From NCBI GenBank assembly GCA_963833985.1, contig CAWIAD010000002.1:4672001-4736000 (forward strand): a stretch of 64,000 nucleotides of DNA, in the 5' to 3' direction. The stretch comes from an uncultured Planctomycetaceae bacterium. GTDB lineage: Bacteria; Planctomycetota; Planctomycetia; Isosphaerales; Isosphaeraceae. The position numbers were made by a program, and so were the translations under genes. Numbering within the stretch: the first letter of the stretch is position 1; every line of letters starts with the position of its first letter. This document shows, piece after piece, positions 9,601 to 19,351 of the stretch. Under the pieces are notes generated by a model. That model searched no databases and was not told the DNA's origin. It saw only the letters and a list, made by a program, of their open reading frames with translations.

Positions 9601-12600
9601 CCTGTTCGACGATCAAGTTGCCACCTGAATCGTAGACGTCGGTCGTCCGGTTCGTCAACGGGTCGGTCATGCCCGTCTCGCGGTTCATGGCGTCGTAGCT
9701 GTAGGTCGTCGTGTTCGACCGCTGGTCGGTGACTGACGTCACGTTCCCCTGGTTGTTGTAGCCGTGGAGCACCGTGGTGCCGTCGGGGTTCTGGACGGTG
9801 GTCGCCCGGTCCTGGCTGTCGTACTGAATGCTCGTGGTATGCCCGTTGGCATCCTTGAGCGTGGCCAGCATGCCGTCGCCGGTGTAGGTCATGGTCGTCA
9901 GGTTGCCCATCGGGTCCTGCGTGACCGTCAGGTTGCCGTGGGTATCGTAATCGTAGGTATAGACGTGGTTGTTGGCGTCGGTGAACTGGGTCACCTCGGC
10001 GAAGCTGTTGTAGCTGTACTGGTCGAAGTTCAGGTCGGGGTAGGTGTGCTGGGTGATGTTGCCCTTGCTGTCGTAGGCATACTGGTCGATGCGATTGAGC
10101 CGGTCGATGGTGACGGTGGCCAGGCCCATGGACGCGCCGCTGCCGATGCGGTCAGAGCTGGCCACGTTGCCCAGCGCGTCGACGGCCACGTCGGTCAAGC
10201 CCTGGCCGTTCCAGTCGGGGCGCAGTGTCGTGACGTTGCTGTTGGGGTCGGTATAGTTGCTGGTGGCGGTGGCCAGCGGCACGGCCGCGGTGCCGCCGCC
10301 GGAGGTGACGCTGCTGCTCAGGCCGGCCTCCTGGCTGGGGAAGAACTCCTCGGTGGTGCTGTTATCCGGCCGGGTAATCGTCGAGGCCCGCTCGGCGGAA
10401 TCGTAAGCGACCGTCACGGTCTTCGAGTTCGGGTCGGTCACCTGCGTCATGCGGCCCGAGCCGTCATAGGCATAACCCCAGGTCGAACTGTCGGGGAGGG
10501 TCGCGCCGGTGAGGCTGGATCCGCTGTGGGTGAGGGTGGTGAGCCGCCCGGCCGGGTCCTTGATCGTCTGCAAATATCCACCGCTGTATGAAAACGTCGT
10601 GGTGTTCCCATACGGGTCGGTGATGTTGGTGAGGTTACCGGAGCTGTACGAATACGTGATGTGCAACCCATTGGTGTCGATCGTGGCCGTCTCATGGCCA
10701 CCCGAATCGAAAGTGATCTGGGTGCCGTCTGTGAGGGTCCGTGTGTAGGTGCCGCCGGAGTTCTGCACCAGCGTGGAGAACTCGCCGGGCGGGTCCGTGA
10801 ACGTGCCGCCCCCGCTGCCGAAGCTGCCGCTGAACCAGAGGCTGCGGCCCCCGCTGCCCAGGTCGAGGATCATGCCGCCGGAGGCCGAGGTGATCTTCTC
10901 CAGGCCGGAGACCGACCAGCCGTTGCCGATGGTACTGGAGGAGTCGTTGAGCACCGACATCGTGCCGGTGAGGGTCGTGGTCGTGTTCGTGCTGCGGTAA
11001 TCAACCACGGTGGCCGTGTAGTTGTAGCGCCCGGTGCTCTGCCCGGTCATGTTCGCCTGAAGCGCCATCTGCTGGATGTCGCCGGCCATGAGCTGGCTGG
11101 TGTTATCGTACCAGGTCGAGCCGGTATAGACGGTGGTGCCGCCGGTGGTGGCCACAGAAATCTGGCCGCTGTCCTGGGACGGCAACGTCAGCGTGGGGCT
11201 GAGCGCATGCGGGATGTCGACGATCGGCCGTGGATCGGCGGTCAGCGAGTCATAGGTCAGGGCCACCGCGGGCACGTTGGGGTTGTAACTGGGCAGGTTG
11301 ATGCTGGTATCCAGCGCGCCGCTGGTGGCGTCGACCGACACGTTGTGGCTGACGAAGGCGGGCGCCTGGGGAAGCTCCAGATCCGGTGCCAGCGAGCCTG
11401 GCCAGGTCGGGTCGCCGCCACCGCTCATGCCCGAGCTGGACCCGGCGGGAACGAGGAAGTCATACGTGAACGTCTCGGTATGCGAGTTGGTATCGGTCAC
11501 CGAGAGCGTGACGCTGTTCACGCTGGGCGCGGGGTTGACGCTGCCGTTGCCCCAGGTGAAGGTCAGGTCGTAGCCGGTGGTTCCCGAGACGTGGTTGACG
11601 AGGGTGAGATGAGTCGTGTCCCAGCTGATCGAGCTGACCGTGGTGTTCTCCACCTGGGCGCGGAGATCGACGAACTTGTTGAACGTGGCCAGCTGGTAGG
11701 CGCCCGGGAACATCACCTCACCCTGCGTGTAATCGACCACGTACACGGGGAAATACGTGAACGACCCAAGGCTTGCCCCCGACGAGTTGCCGATCGTCGG
11801 GTCGATGTTGGGATTGATGCCGCCGCCGGAGCTCGACCCCGAGCTCGCCGGCGGTGGCGGCTGGGGTGGAATGGCGCTGGGAGGCGCACCGGCATGGGGC
11901 GGAGGTGAGGCGCCGGGCTCGGGGCTGCCGGCGCCCGGGTTGGGCGTTGGCGGGACAGTGGGCTGAGACGCGCTGGAGGCGGCTGCCAGCAGGGCGGAGG
12001 AGGCCGCCTGGTTGCTGCCGCTCGAACCCGGCGCGGGAACCTTCAGCGGCGTGATCGCGCCGCGGTTTGCAGTAGCCGCTGGCGCACTACCGCCGGCGCC
12101 TGTGCCCAGGTTGATCACCTGCCCGGCCCCCTGGCGCTGCGCCGGATGCCAGGGAGGCGTGATGCCTGTCTCACCGTTCGAGGCCGGGCTTTGCAGGGGT
12201 AGCAGGCTTAGCCAGTCGCCCGGCGCCGCTGGCGCCGGCACGATGGAGACGGGAACGAGGCCTTGTGCATTGCCCGCGCCGCCGGTTGTTCGCGGCCGCG
12301 CCGCGGCGGAGTTGAGAAAAGTCGCCGCTCGCGCCGTGGTGCCGGCGCTCGCGGGGGCATTCTGTCCAGGAGTTGCACCGCCTCCCCGGCCCGGCCGGGC
12401 CGCGGTGCCGGCAAGCTGCGCCTTGCTCGCCGCCGACAGACCCAGGAGGGAATCCAACCCCAGGGGCAGCCCCATGCTCAGCGCCGTCAGACTGATCGGT
12501 TCCGTGATCATTATCCGGAGCTCGCACTGTTCCAGGCGATCGAACTTCCTGGCCATGCGGGCACGTCTTCGCTCGGTGAAGCTGAGGCGGTGCTTGCTCA

Positions 12601-12658
12601 GGATGCGTTCCTTCGGCCCGGCGCGGACCGATCCCGTGGCCCACCGGGCCCGGTCCAT
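6695..12658 (-). CDS. Full-length Rhs/YD-repeat polymorphic toxin with LEPR-XLL-like N-terminus and HExxH metallopeptidase-like tip
   Basis: RRRARMARKFDRLEQCELRIMIT leader; Pro/Ala/Ser linker; many YD repeats; NLYAYVSNCTTLFVDPTG; tip contains TLLHESYH. Confidence 0.92.
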   Translation of the reverse strand: MDRARWATGSVRAGPKERILSKHRLSFTERRRARMARKFDRLEQCELRIMITEPISLTALSMGLPLGLDSLLGLSAASKAQLAGTAARPGRGGGATPGQNAPASAGTTARAATFLNSAAARPRTTGGAGNAQGLVPVSIVPAPAAPGDWLSLLPLQSPASNGETGITPPWHPAQRQGAGQVINLGTGAGGSAPAATANRGAITPLKVPAPGSSGSNQAASSALLAAASSASQPTVPPTPNPGAGSPEPGASPPPHAGAPPSAIPPQPPPPASSGSSSGGGINPNIDPTIGNSSGASLGSFTYFPVYVVDYTQGEVMFPGAYQLATFNKFVDLRAQVENTTVSSISWDTTHLTLVNHVSGTTGYDLTFTWGNGSVNPAPSVNSVTLSVTDTNSHTETFTYDFLVPAGSSSGMSGGGDPTWPGSLAPDLELPQAPAFVSHNVSVDATSGALDTSINLPSYNPNVPAVALTYDSLTADPRPIVDIPHALSPTLTLPSQDSGQISVATTGGTTVYTGSTWYDNTSQLMAGDIQQMALQANMTGQSTGRYNYTATVVDYRSTNTTTTLTGTMSVLNDSSSTIGNGWSVSGLEKITSASGGMILDLGSGGRSLWFSGSFGSGGGTFTDPPGEFSTLVQNSGGTYTRTLTDGTQITFDSGGHETATIDTNGLHITYSYSSGNLTNITDPYGNTTTFSYSGGYLQTIKDPAGRLTTLTHSGSSLTGATLPDSSTWGYAYDGSGRMTQVTDPNSKTVTVAYDSAERASTITRPDNSTTEEFFPSQEAGLSSSVTSGGGTAAVPLATATSNYTDPNSNVTTLRPDWNGQGLTDVAVDALGNVASSDRIGSGASMGLATVTIDRLNRIDQYAYDSKGNITQHTYPDLNFDQYSYNSFAEVTQFTDANNHVYTYDYDTHGNLTVTQDPMGNLTTMTYTGDGMLATLKDANGHTTSIQYDSQDRATTVQNPDGTTVLHGYNNQGNVTSVTDQRSNTTTYSYDAMNRETGMTDPLTNRTTDVYDSGGNLIVEQDPTPALQVARTTTISYDAMNRAVTVTAPLSRVTVYGYDSGGNLIKITDPMSRITSISYDALNRPTVVTAPLTASANAVTTTTYDAEGQVIQVADPMGRITTTAYNYRGWVATVEDGLGNITTYAYTPTGKESTEVDPGHSGGSTQSFYYDKDDRLTTYTDANNHTTTYVYDGVGNMTGMTDANSNATQHAYDTMNRLTTVTDALGHTTVYGYDSGGNQQTVKDALGNVTTTLYDADNRATTIIDPLGNTTTMAYDAAGRMTTLTDPLGNHTTWGYDSADRLTTMTDPLGNTATYLYNYDDQLTASTDRNGRVVTYSYDLGGQETGETWYSASGGTTNLITITYNADNELTKITDNYATLSFTYDSGGNQLTDSTSGPGSHQPSVTLTSGYDAYHDRTSLTDNITGNVGVTTFQYDPAFRLTTISASYNGSAGPQVVLGYDPGNRETSISRTIGGSGTSVNTSIVYDPANRVGTITDQTGTGTALSTYVYGYDNANRVTTEVNAEGTVTYGYDSGGELLTARGSRTENYSYDSGGNRNMTGYTTGTGNELSSGGGYTFTYDKEGNTIGETQLSTHDVWTFGYDDRNRMTSAVEKNSGGTTLQQVTYTYDALNHRIGVDTNSTQMWTVYDGKGADANPYADFNGSGTLLTRYVSGPAVDELFARTSSGGTTAWYLADRLGSVRDIVNTSGTSIDHVVYDSYGNILSESSGGSNGDRFKFAGMEWDAAIEQYYDHARSYSAMAGRFVQEDPLGSSDQLPNLYAYVSNCTTLFVDPTGCYQSPTQVQSGQNLTWYERAYSYVVYGIYKVTQPNSELLNEAERQYISRLVQAMAAVNWVTIPDEYKGGMYADLVGHLSKMQIRLYSDPSQKNIAGAKRGILYLSSDFFYNTDPNQQVKTLLHESYHDYYEHGVPDPYVRPYPNRQSYDPEHYAEYVAEQLAKYARNSGLWSDFFKYQIYWKSLNRQHIPYAPF

Positions 12659-12976
12659 GGCGAGAAAGGCGCGGACCGAGAGCCGGCGGGGTAAGCCCCT
12701 GGAAGCGAGTCACGAGATGACGCTTGAAACAGAGGTCAGGACGTAGCCCACCTCGCGCTGCGAGCCGGCGAACGCCAGCGCAGACAAAGACTGACAAGTG
12801 GAGGTGACGAACGTGTCACATCAGAAAGTGCGTTGCCCGAACGCACGACGATTTTAATTCCGCGGAAAGGAAGGTCAAGAAAATTTCTGATCATGCCGGT
12901 GATTTTCTTGAAAGGCACCAGACCCTGTGCGGTCGCGGTGGTGCACCTAACCTTTTTCGGATCAATCGCTTTCGTG

Positions 12977-14177
12977 TCACCTGATTCGTTCGGAGAACAG
13001 CTGAAAAAACTCATCGAACTGACCGGCAACACGCTGCGGTTCCCACCGCTGCGCCTCGGCGCTGGCGAGCGCCGCGCTGGCGGGCCTCGAACTCCGGATC
13101 GTCCCAGAGCTTCTCCAGCGCGGTCACCCAGGGCGCGACCTCGCGCACTGTTGGAATCGCCAGCGAATGGGCCGTGTACTGCGCCGGGATGGTGAAGACG
13201 AAGCCGGCGCCGCCCAGCGTCTCGGGCAAGGCACCGCGGTCGCTGGCCAGCACAGGAATGCCGTTGGCCATCGCCTCCATCGGCACACGGCCCAGCGACT
13301 CCCGCCACAGCGACGGCACCAGCACCGCCCGGCTCACCCGGTAGAAATCACGCGGATCAGGCGTGTGGGCCATCCGGTGCAGGTTGGTGAGACCGGAAAG
13401 GTCGATCGGCAGCTTGCCCAGCGTGTCGGACGTCCCGCGCCCTTCCACCACCAGCAGCGGAATCTCCGGCCGGCGCCGGTTCAGCTCGGCGGCGATCCGC
13501 GCGAAGACCGTGACGCCCTTGGACGGCTGCGGGTTGATGAACGTGACGTATCTCGGCTCCGGGTCCGCGGCGACGATGCGGTCAAGCGGGATCGGGTCGG
13601 GGATCACCGGGCCGTCCAGTCCCAGCAGCCTGGCGTGGTAGCGCCGGGAGTATTCCGACGGGAAGATCACCGCCGAGACATCGGCGAACGCCGAGCGGTC
13701 GTTGTATCCAAAATTGTGCAGGTGAAACACGACCGCAATCCCGCGCTGTCGTGCCCGGTGCATGAGCGCGAGGCTGACGGGATGGCCGCCGTAGGTCAAG
13801 AGGACGTCGGGCTTGAAGCGGTCGAGGACCTGGTCGGCCAGGTCGAGGAAGACCGCCGCTTCACGCGGGTCGGGCGACCGCTCGCCGCGGCTGGACGCCG
13901 TGGGCATGAGCGTGACCCGCACGCCGTTCACATTCAGGTCGAGCACCTCGGCGGCCTGGCCCGATTTCCGTTCCGCGTGGAATCGCTGCACGGGAAGTTC
14001 CAGCGCCCCGAGCAGCTCGTCGAGGGTCGTTTCTCGCTCGGTGTCGAGGATGCCGGCCGTGAGCACGCGGCAATCCATCCCCCGTGCCGCGAGCAGCTCC
14101 AGGAGTTCCCGCGTGCACAACGACGCGCCGCCGGAGGGGTCCAGGTAACAGTGAACCGACGAGAAGAGCAGACGCAT
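12977..14177 (-). CDS. Glycosyltransferase family 4 (GT-B); probable 1-nt frameshift near 13070
   Basis: VLVPSLWRESLGRVPMEAMANGIPVLASDRGALPE signature; the alternative frame continues ALASAEAQRWEPQRVAGQFDEFFQ to a stop at 12977. Confidence 0.88.
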
Positions 14178-14827
14178 GGGGCACCTGAGGTGAAGTGATC
14201 CGACCGCGCCGGCACAAGGAGAGCAAACCGTGTACTGGTTGGCAAGATCCGCGGCGTCCGCATCGTAAACTCAATAGAGTGGCGCAACGCGCCGGCTCCT
14301 TGGCATTTCGGTTGTTTGTACGGACCAGGGCGCCGCCAGGGGAAAGCCGGGCGGCGCACCGGCGTCCATCACCTGGCCGTCTGGTGGGCCTCGCTGCGCC
14401 TCGACCGCACCCTACCTGATGTGGGAATCGCCACGGCTGCTTGCAAAAAAACGCGGACCGAACCCAAATGAAAACCCGGGAAATGCGTATGTAAAGCTCA
14501 TTCAAAAAGAGAGTTACGTCCGATGGCTTCGCTGGCATGATGGCGAGAACGAAGCCAATCGCGGAGGGGGTGGTCCGATCCCCCTTGCACCGGGCGGAGG
14601 CGCCCGGGACAACGGCCCTGCCAGAGGATTGTCGGGGTCGCCTGCGGACGATCCGGACATCCTGCGGCGCACGCGAGAGCGGACGTGCAGCCCTCGATTG
14701 AGCTCGGTTGGTTTCAAGTTGAGCTTGCCAGCCGGGAAGAGGCACGATAGTCTTCGCGTACATATCCGGGCTTCAACGGTCTCGACTCTCCGATCTTCAC
14801 GGCCGCTTCTGGAACGTTTCCTGCTCC

Positions 14828-15316
14828 ATGAGCACACATCCCCGAGGGTTCCAGCGTCTCGAAGGGCGAAACCGCTGGTGCTTGCTGGTGCTGGCGGCGG
14901 GTCTGGTGGGGCTTCTGGGTGTGTCGCGGTGGTTGAAACCCGACCCTCGCGGGTACGGGACTCACACGCAGCTAGGACTTGGCCCTTGCGCGTTCGCCCG
15001 GCTGACTGGCCGTCCCTGTCCCACGTGTGGGATGACGACGGCCTTTGCCTGGTTCACGCGCGGCTGTTTCCGGAGCTCGTGGCAGGCCAATCCCGCGGGA
15101 TGCATGATGGCCGCCCTGATCGTACCGGTTTCCTTGTGGCTGCTGGCCTGCGGATGGCTGGGAAAGGCCGTCGGCTGCCGGTCGGTGGACCGCCCGCTCA
15201 TGGGGATGCTGGTCGCCATCGTGCTGATCAGTCTCGCGTTCTGGACGATTCGATTTCTCGGTGCTCCCCTCAACCCTGCCGCGTCCGGCCTGCCGCCGGT
15301 TGCCGGCACCGGGTAA
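14828..15316 (+). CDS. DUF2752-like membrane protein
   Basis: GTHTQLGLGPCAFARLTGRPCPTCGMTTAF motif and hydrophobic helices. Confidence 0.8.
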   Translation: MSTHPRGFQRLEGRNRWCLLVLAAGLVGLLGVSRWLKPDPRGYGTHTQLGLGPCAFARLTGRPCPTCGMTTAFAWFTRGCFRSSWQANPAGCMMAALIVPVSLWLLACGWLGKAVGCRSVDRPLMGMLVAIVLISLAFWTIRFLGAPLNPAASGLPPVAGTG

Positions 15317-15351
15317 GCCAGCACCCGAACCAAGGAAGGAGGGGGTGAAGC

Positions 15352-16065
15352 ATGACCCCTCGTGCTCTGGCAAGGATGCGCTACGTCGCCGCCCTGTTTC
15401 TGGTTGTCGGGAGCTCTGTCTCGCTGCTGGGCTGCGACCCCCGCGCTGCGTTTTACTTCCTCCAGCCGTTCGAGCCCATGGTCGCGCCGCCGGGTCCGAG
15501 CCTGGAAAACAAGAAGATTGTCGTGCTCACGCACGCCACCTCCGGCAGCCAGGTCGAGTTTCCCTCGCTGGAGCGCGACCTGAACCGGGAATTCATTACC
15601 AACCTCAAGAAGCACAGCAAGAAGCTCACCGTGGTCGATGCCGACAAGGTCCGAACCTGGGTGGAAGGCCATCCCAAGTGGACCGACCCGGCTGACGCCG
15701 CCCGCGACTTCGAGGCCGACGTGGTGGTCTTCCTGGAGCTCGAGCAGTTCCAGGTGCAGGCGCCGGGCGACCTGAACGTACTTCAGGGGAGCTCGAAGAT
15801 CCATATCCAGGCGTTCGAGCTGACGCCGCCGAAGAACAGCAAGGGCAAGCCGATCAAGGACCAGCCCAAGGAATCGAACTCCATCTACGACGACTACCAG
15901 GAGAGCTCGTTCCCGACCCAGGGACCCATCGCCATGGATTCCGGAGTGGGCCGGTCCGCCTTCAAGAACAAGTTCCTCCAGGTGGTCGCCAGCGAGGCCT
16001 CCTGGCACTTCGTGGAGCATTCGCCGGAGGAAGTGATCCGGGACATCCACCTGAACCAGCGCTGA
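15352..16065 (+). CDS. Putative lipoprotein
   Basis: Signal peptide ending in lipobox-like LLGC; strong RBS (AAGGAGG); GC3-biased codons. Confidence 0.75.
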   Translation: MTPRALARMRYVAALFLVVGSSVSLLGCDPRAAFYFLQPFEPMVAPPGPSLENKKIVVLTHATSGSQVEFPSLERDLNREFITNLKKHSKKLTVVDADKVRTWVEGHPKWTDPADAARDFEADVVVFLELEQFQVQAPGDLNVLQGSSKIHIQAFELTPPKNSKGKPIKDQPKESNSIYDDYQESSFPTQGPIAMDSGVGRSAFKNKFLQVVASEASWHFVEHSPEEVIRDIHLNQR

Positions 16066-16545
16066 GTTCAAGCGCCTCGTGCGGCCGGGGAGCAGTCGGT
16101 GGCCCCGGTTCTTCCTGGCGCCAGCCTGGCATTCAGCCATCCGGGAAACAGCGGGTGGCTGAATGCGGAGAACCCGTTCCAGGCGCTGCCTGCAACCGCA
16201 GTACATGCCGGCGGCGGGAAAAAAGGTGGATCCGTCCCGGAACAGGGCGACACGTGAAGCACCATCATCGCCAGGATGCGGACGAGGGCGCAGAGGAAAC
16301 GATCGGGACGGCGGTCTCCACGAGCGAGGTCCCGTTCGTGGGGAACAGCGTCGCCAGCGATGCGGCATGATGACTTCGAGGACAGCATGGGATATCCGAT
16401 GCTGGCCGATGCAGTGAAACATCCGGCGGTCGGTTCTGGGGTCTGGAATGCTCCGCGCCGCCCTGCCGATATCGGACTGGTGCCTCCCCTTCCGTGCACG
16501 TCCGCCAGCATCGGCCCCGGGATGCCCGGCATCGTTTTGCCGGCG

Positions 16546-17553
16546 TTAGAAGGGCGGCTCGATCATCTCGGATCCCGACCTGGTCCCGAGCGCCTGCCAC
16601 ACCCGTGACGAGACCGTATTTGAAACCCAGTGGACAGCGCCGTCGGCTGTCGCAACACTTACTCCGCCCCTGTGCATGCTGCGGGCGGGATAGATGCCGG
16701 ACTCGGAACTCCCCATTGGTGGGAACTGTGCGTCCGCGCCGCCGCAATCAAACCACGCGCTGTTTGGTGTGAAAATGTGGTTGTACGAAGTCGTGTCGTA
16801 GCCGCATACCGCCCAGGACCAACCACCCGAGCAATAGAAGGAAGAAGAAGAGCCGGGCCCGCTCTGACACGCGGCAATCTCATCGCCGACAGATTGGTAC
16901 GCCCCGATGCCTGCCCTCCATGAATCGCGAGCCGGGTCCGGACGCCTGAGGTCGCCGGACCCGAGCAGCCGCTCCGAGAGCATGGCGGTCGTGGAGAGAC
17001 CATCGGTGACCTGCGCCGGGCTCACCCACTGGTAGATCTCGAACACCCCCAGCCGATTCACCTCCTGCGGGGACGGGAACGTGCCAATCTGCGAGCCCAT
17101 GCAGACTCTATAATCTACCGGCCCATTCGGCGTGGGCGACGGATTGCCGTCGGAGGGGCACAGGAATACCGAGAGGGTTACAGACATGAACGTCGCCTGC
17201 TCTGGCCACGACTCCGTGCCCGCCGACTGCCCGGACTGAAAGTTGATGGAATCGAAAATGGGCCTCAGCTCGAGATCGGCCAGTACGTGAGTGAACGCCG
17301 AGTAATCATTGCCGCGAAAGGTCGCCGTGGGGAGCTGGATGGGCATTCCCTGAGCTGGAAACCTCCCCTCCCGGGTCTGGTAAGAGTGCATGGCCAGCGT
17401 GATCTGCCGCAGGTTGTTGACGCACTGCGCCACTCGTGCCGATTCCCGGACCGCCTGCACCGCTGGCAACAGAAGAGCGATCAACAGCCCCAGAACCAGA
17501 ATCACGACCAGCGTTTCGACGAGGGTCAATGCAGAGCAAGGACGCAGTCTCAT
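16546..17553 (-). CDS. DUF1559 family prepilin-type (PulG-like) protein with H-X9-DG motif
   Basis: ALTLVETLVVILVLGLLIALLLPAVQAVRESARVAQCVNNLRQI; FLCPSD; SMHRGGVSVATADG. Confidence 0.92.
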   Translation of the reverse strand: MRLRPCSALTLVETLVVILVLGLLIALLLPAVQAVRESARVAQCVNNLRQITLAMHSYQTREGRFPAQGMPIQLPTATFRGNDYSAFTHVLADLELRPIFDSINFQSGQSAGTESWPEQATFMSVTLSVFLCPSDGNPSPTPNGPVDYRVCMGSQIGTFPSPQEVNRLGVFEIYQWVSPAQVTDGLSTTAMLSERLLGSGDLRRPDPARDSWRAGIGAYQSVGDEIAACQSGPGSSSSFYCSGGWSWAVCGYDTTSYNHIFTPNSAWFDCGGADAQFPPMGSSESGIYPARSMHRGGVSVATADGAVHWVSNTVSSRVWQALGTRSGSEMIEPPF

Positions 17554-17566
17554 TCCACTCGTATGG

Positions 17567-18633
17567 CTATTCTCGATTCTCACCGCTTTTGCCCTCCGGA
17601 AAGCTCGGAGTCCAGCCCTTGATCAGCAGAGGTACATTGAAGCTGGTTGCCTCCGAGGCGGACAGCTCAACGGAAAGCGTCCCCATGGCATCGCCGCTCC
17701 CCGACGGAAACATGAGGTCGAAATCGAGGGTCGCGAGTCCATCTCCGGCCTTGGTGGCAGACAGGTTTGTCAGGACCCACGGAGGTGAAGTCGTGATTGA
17801 CCTCGCGACCAAAGTGTCGCCCGGGGAACTGGACCTCACCAGCAGCTTGCGGTGGATGATGCGCCCGATGTCGTCCTTGTCGACCTCAATCTGAGAAGGA
17901 GTGCATTGGAACGGACCGGAGACCGTCACAGTGAACGGAATCATAACGAGGAAGGCCTTCTCGTCGTCGGTTACGATATAAATGGTCCCACGGTGGACAC
18001 CGAGCGCCCGTCCCGCACGAAATATCACAGAAACTCTGTGAAACTGGAGACTAACGTCGGCGCTCTCAGCCGTCGCGTCGATGTCGGGGACGTCAGTCGT
18101 GATGTTCTTGATCGTGAAGTCCTTTTTCCCCGGCGAGTAGACCTCGACAATCCACGTTCTGTTCTGTCCGAGAGGGATTTCTCCAGCATCAATCGCCTCC
18201 GGCGACGTCCGCAACCCTAACCACCCCTCGGCGAAAAGGTGGATCTCGGTACGGGGCGCGCGGGGTCGTTGGCGTCGATCGATACGAAGTGCTGCACGTT
18301 CGCGGGGGCCGGCGGGAGATCGAACTCGACTTTCAGGTCAGTGCTCTCTCCGGGTGCAAGTGACGAAACCAAGAGATGGGGCCTGGTGCACCCGCATGAT
18401 GACCCAACTTTGTCAAATACTAGGGCTGCTGAACCTTGATTACTGATACGAAACACTTTTTCCAAATGGGAGCCAGGCGGGTGTTTTCCCCAGTTCCACG
18501 AGTCCCGGTCGAGCACCATTCTGGGACTGCCCGGGCGCTTGGCCCCAACCGAAACCGCCCAGATTGATAGCAGGAGGCAAAGGGAGCCAACCGCGAACAA
18601 TGCGGATAACAGGTGCCGCTTGGAGCCGAGCAT
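17567..18633 (-). CDS. DUF1573 domain (Ig-like) exported protein; frameshift near 18254 joins the two track ORFs
   Basis: N-terminal hydrophobic segment; FRISNQGSAALVFDKVGSSCGCT...LAPGESTDLKVEF. Adding one C in a C-run gives a continuous PRTEIHLFAEGWLGLRTSPE into ORF 17567..18214. Confidence 0.8.
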
Positions 18634-18675
18634 TGTGACCTCACCGATGGAGCTTGGAGCGCAGGTCGGCCGCCG

Positions 18676-19212
18676 TCAGCTGCCTGACGCGCCCCCGGTC
18701 ACCCGCGCGATTCCGCCAATCACGATCGCCTCGCCTCCCCACACACCCGCCAGCGCACGCCAGGAGAGACGCCTGGGTTCGGATGGAGGGTCGAGAACGA
18801 TAACAGTTCCGTCCGCGCAGGGGAACGCCGCCACGAAGTGCGTCCCACTGACGAAGAGGATCATGGGTTCGCGGGGGCGGCCAGGGTTGCTCGGATCAAA
18901 GCGAAGCGCCCGTGCCGAAAAGTCGCGCTCGCGCAGCGCCCTCAGAATGTCGGTGAACGAGCAAAATCCGTTCTCGCCGAGCCGGACCATGTCGCGTGCT
19001 TCCGCGAGGCCGACGGGACGCCCCAGGTAACCGGTCACGGCAGCGATGCAGACCGGACCGCAGCTTTCCTCCGTCCTCGTGCGTTGGTTGAACATCAAGG
19101 CAGCCCCAGCGGGCCCGCCGCGTCCGCGCAGGCCGACGACGAATCCAAGCGCCAGGACACCGCCCGTGAGAAGCGCAAGCAGGTCCGCGCGTCGTAGCGT
19201 TCGCCCGAGCAT
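18676..19212 (-). CDS. Stand-alone peptidase C39 family protein with N-terminal membrane anchor/signal
   Basis: Cys-His-Asp triad in C39 contexts: Q...ESCGPVCIA, GTHFV, VLDP, plus WGGEAIVI; no ABC transporter domains. Confidence 0.85.
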   Translation of the reverse strand: MLGRTLRRADLLALLTGGVLALGFVVGLRGRGGPAGAALMFNQRTRTEESCGPVCIAAVTGYLGRPVGLAEARDMVRLGENGFCSFTDILRALRERDFSARALRFDPSNPGRPREPMILFVSGTHFVAAFPCADGTVIVLDPPSEPRRLSWRALAGVWGGEAIVIGGIARVTGGASGS

Positions 19213-19351
19213 GTCGAAGCGATCCTTTTCCGGGTTGAGTTGTACAAGTCATCGCGGCACCGATGTCACCGCATCCGGCTGTCCTCGTCCTGCCAGCTCA
19301 TGCGCCCGACGGCTCCCCATTTGCCATGACGGCATCGACGTAGGGCACGAG

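Noticed and set aside
8420..11908. Long plus-strand ORFs opposite the Rhs gene (also 26527-28137, 36413-38041, 43804-46005, 60340-61989)
   Set aside because: Antisense shadows of GC3-biased genes with no recognisable domains.
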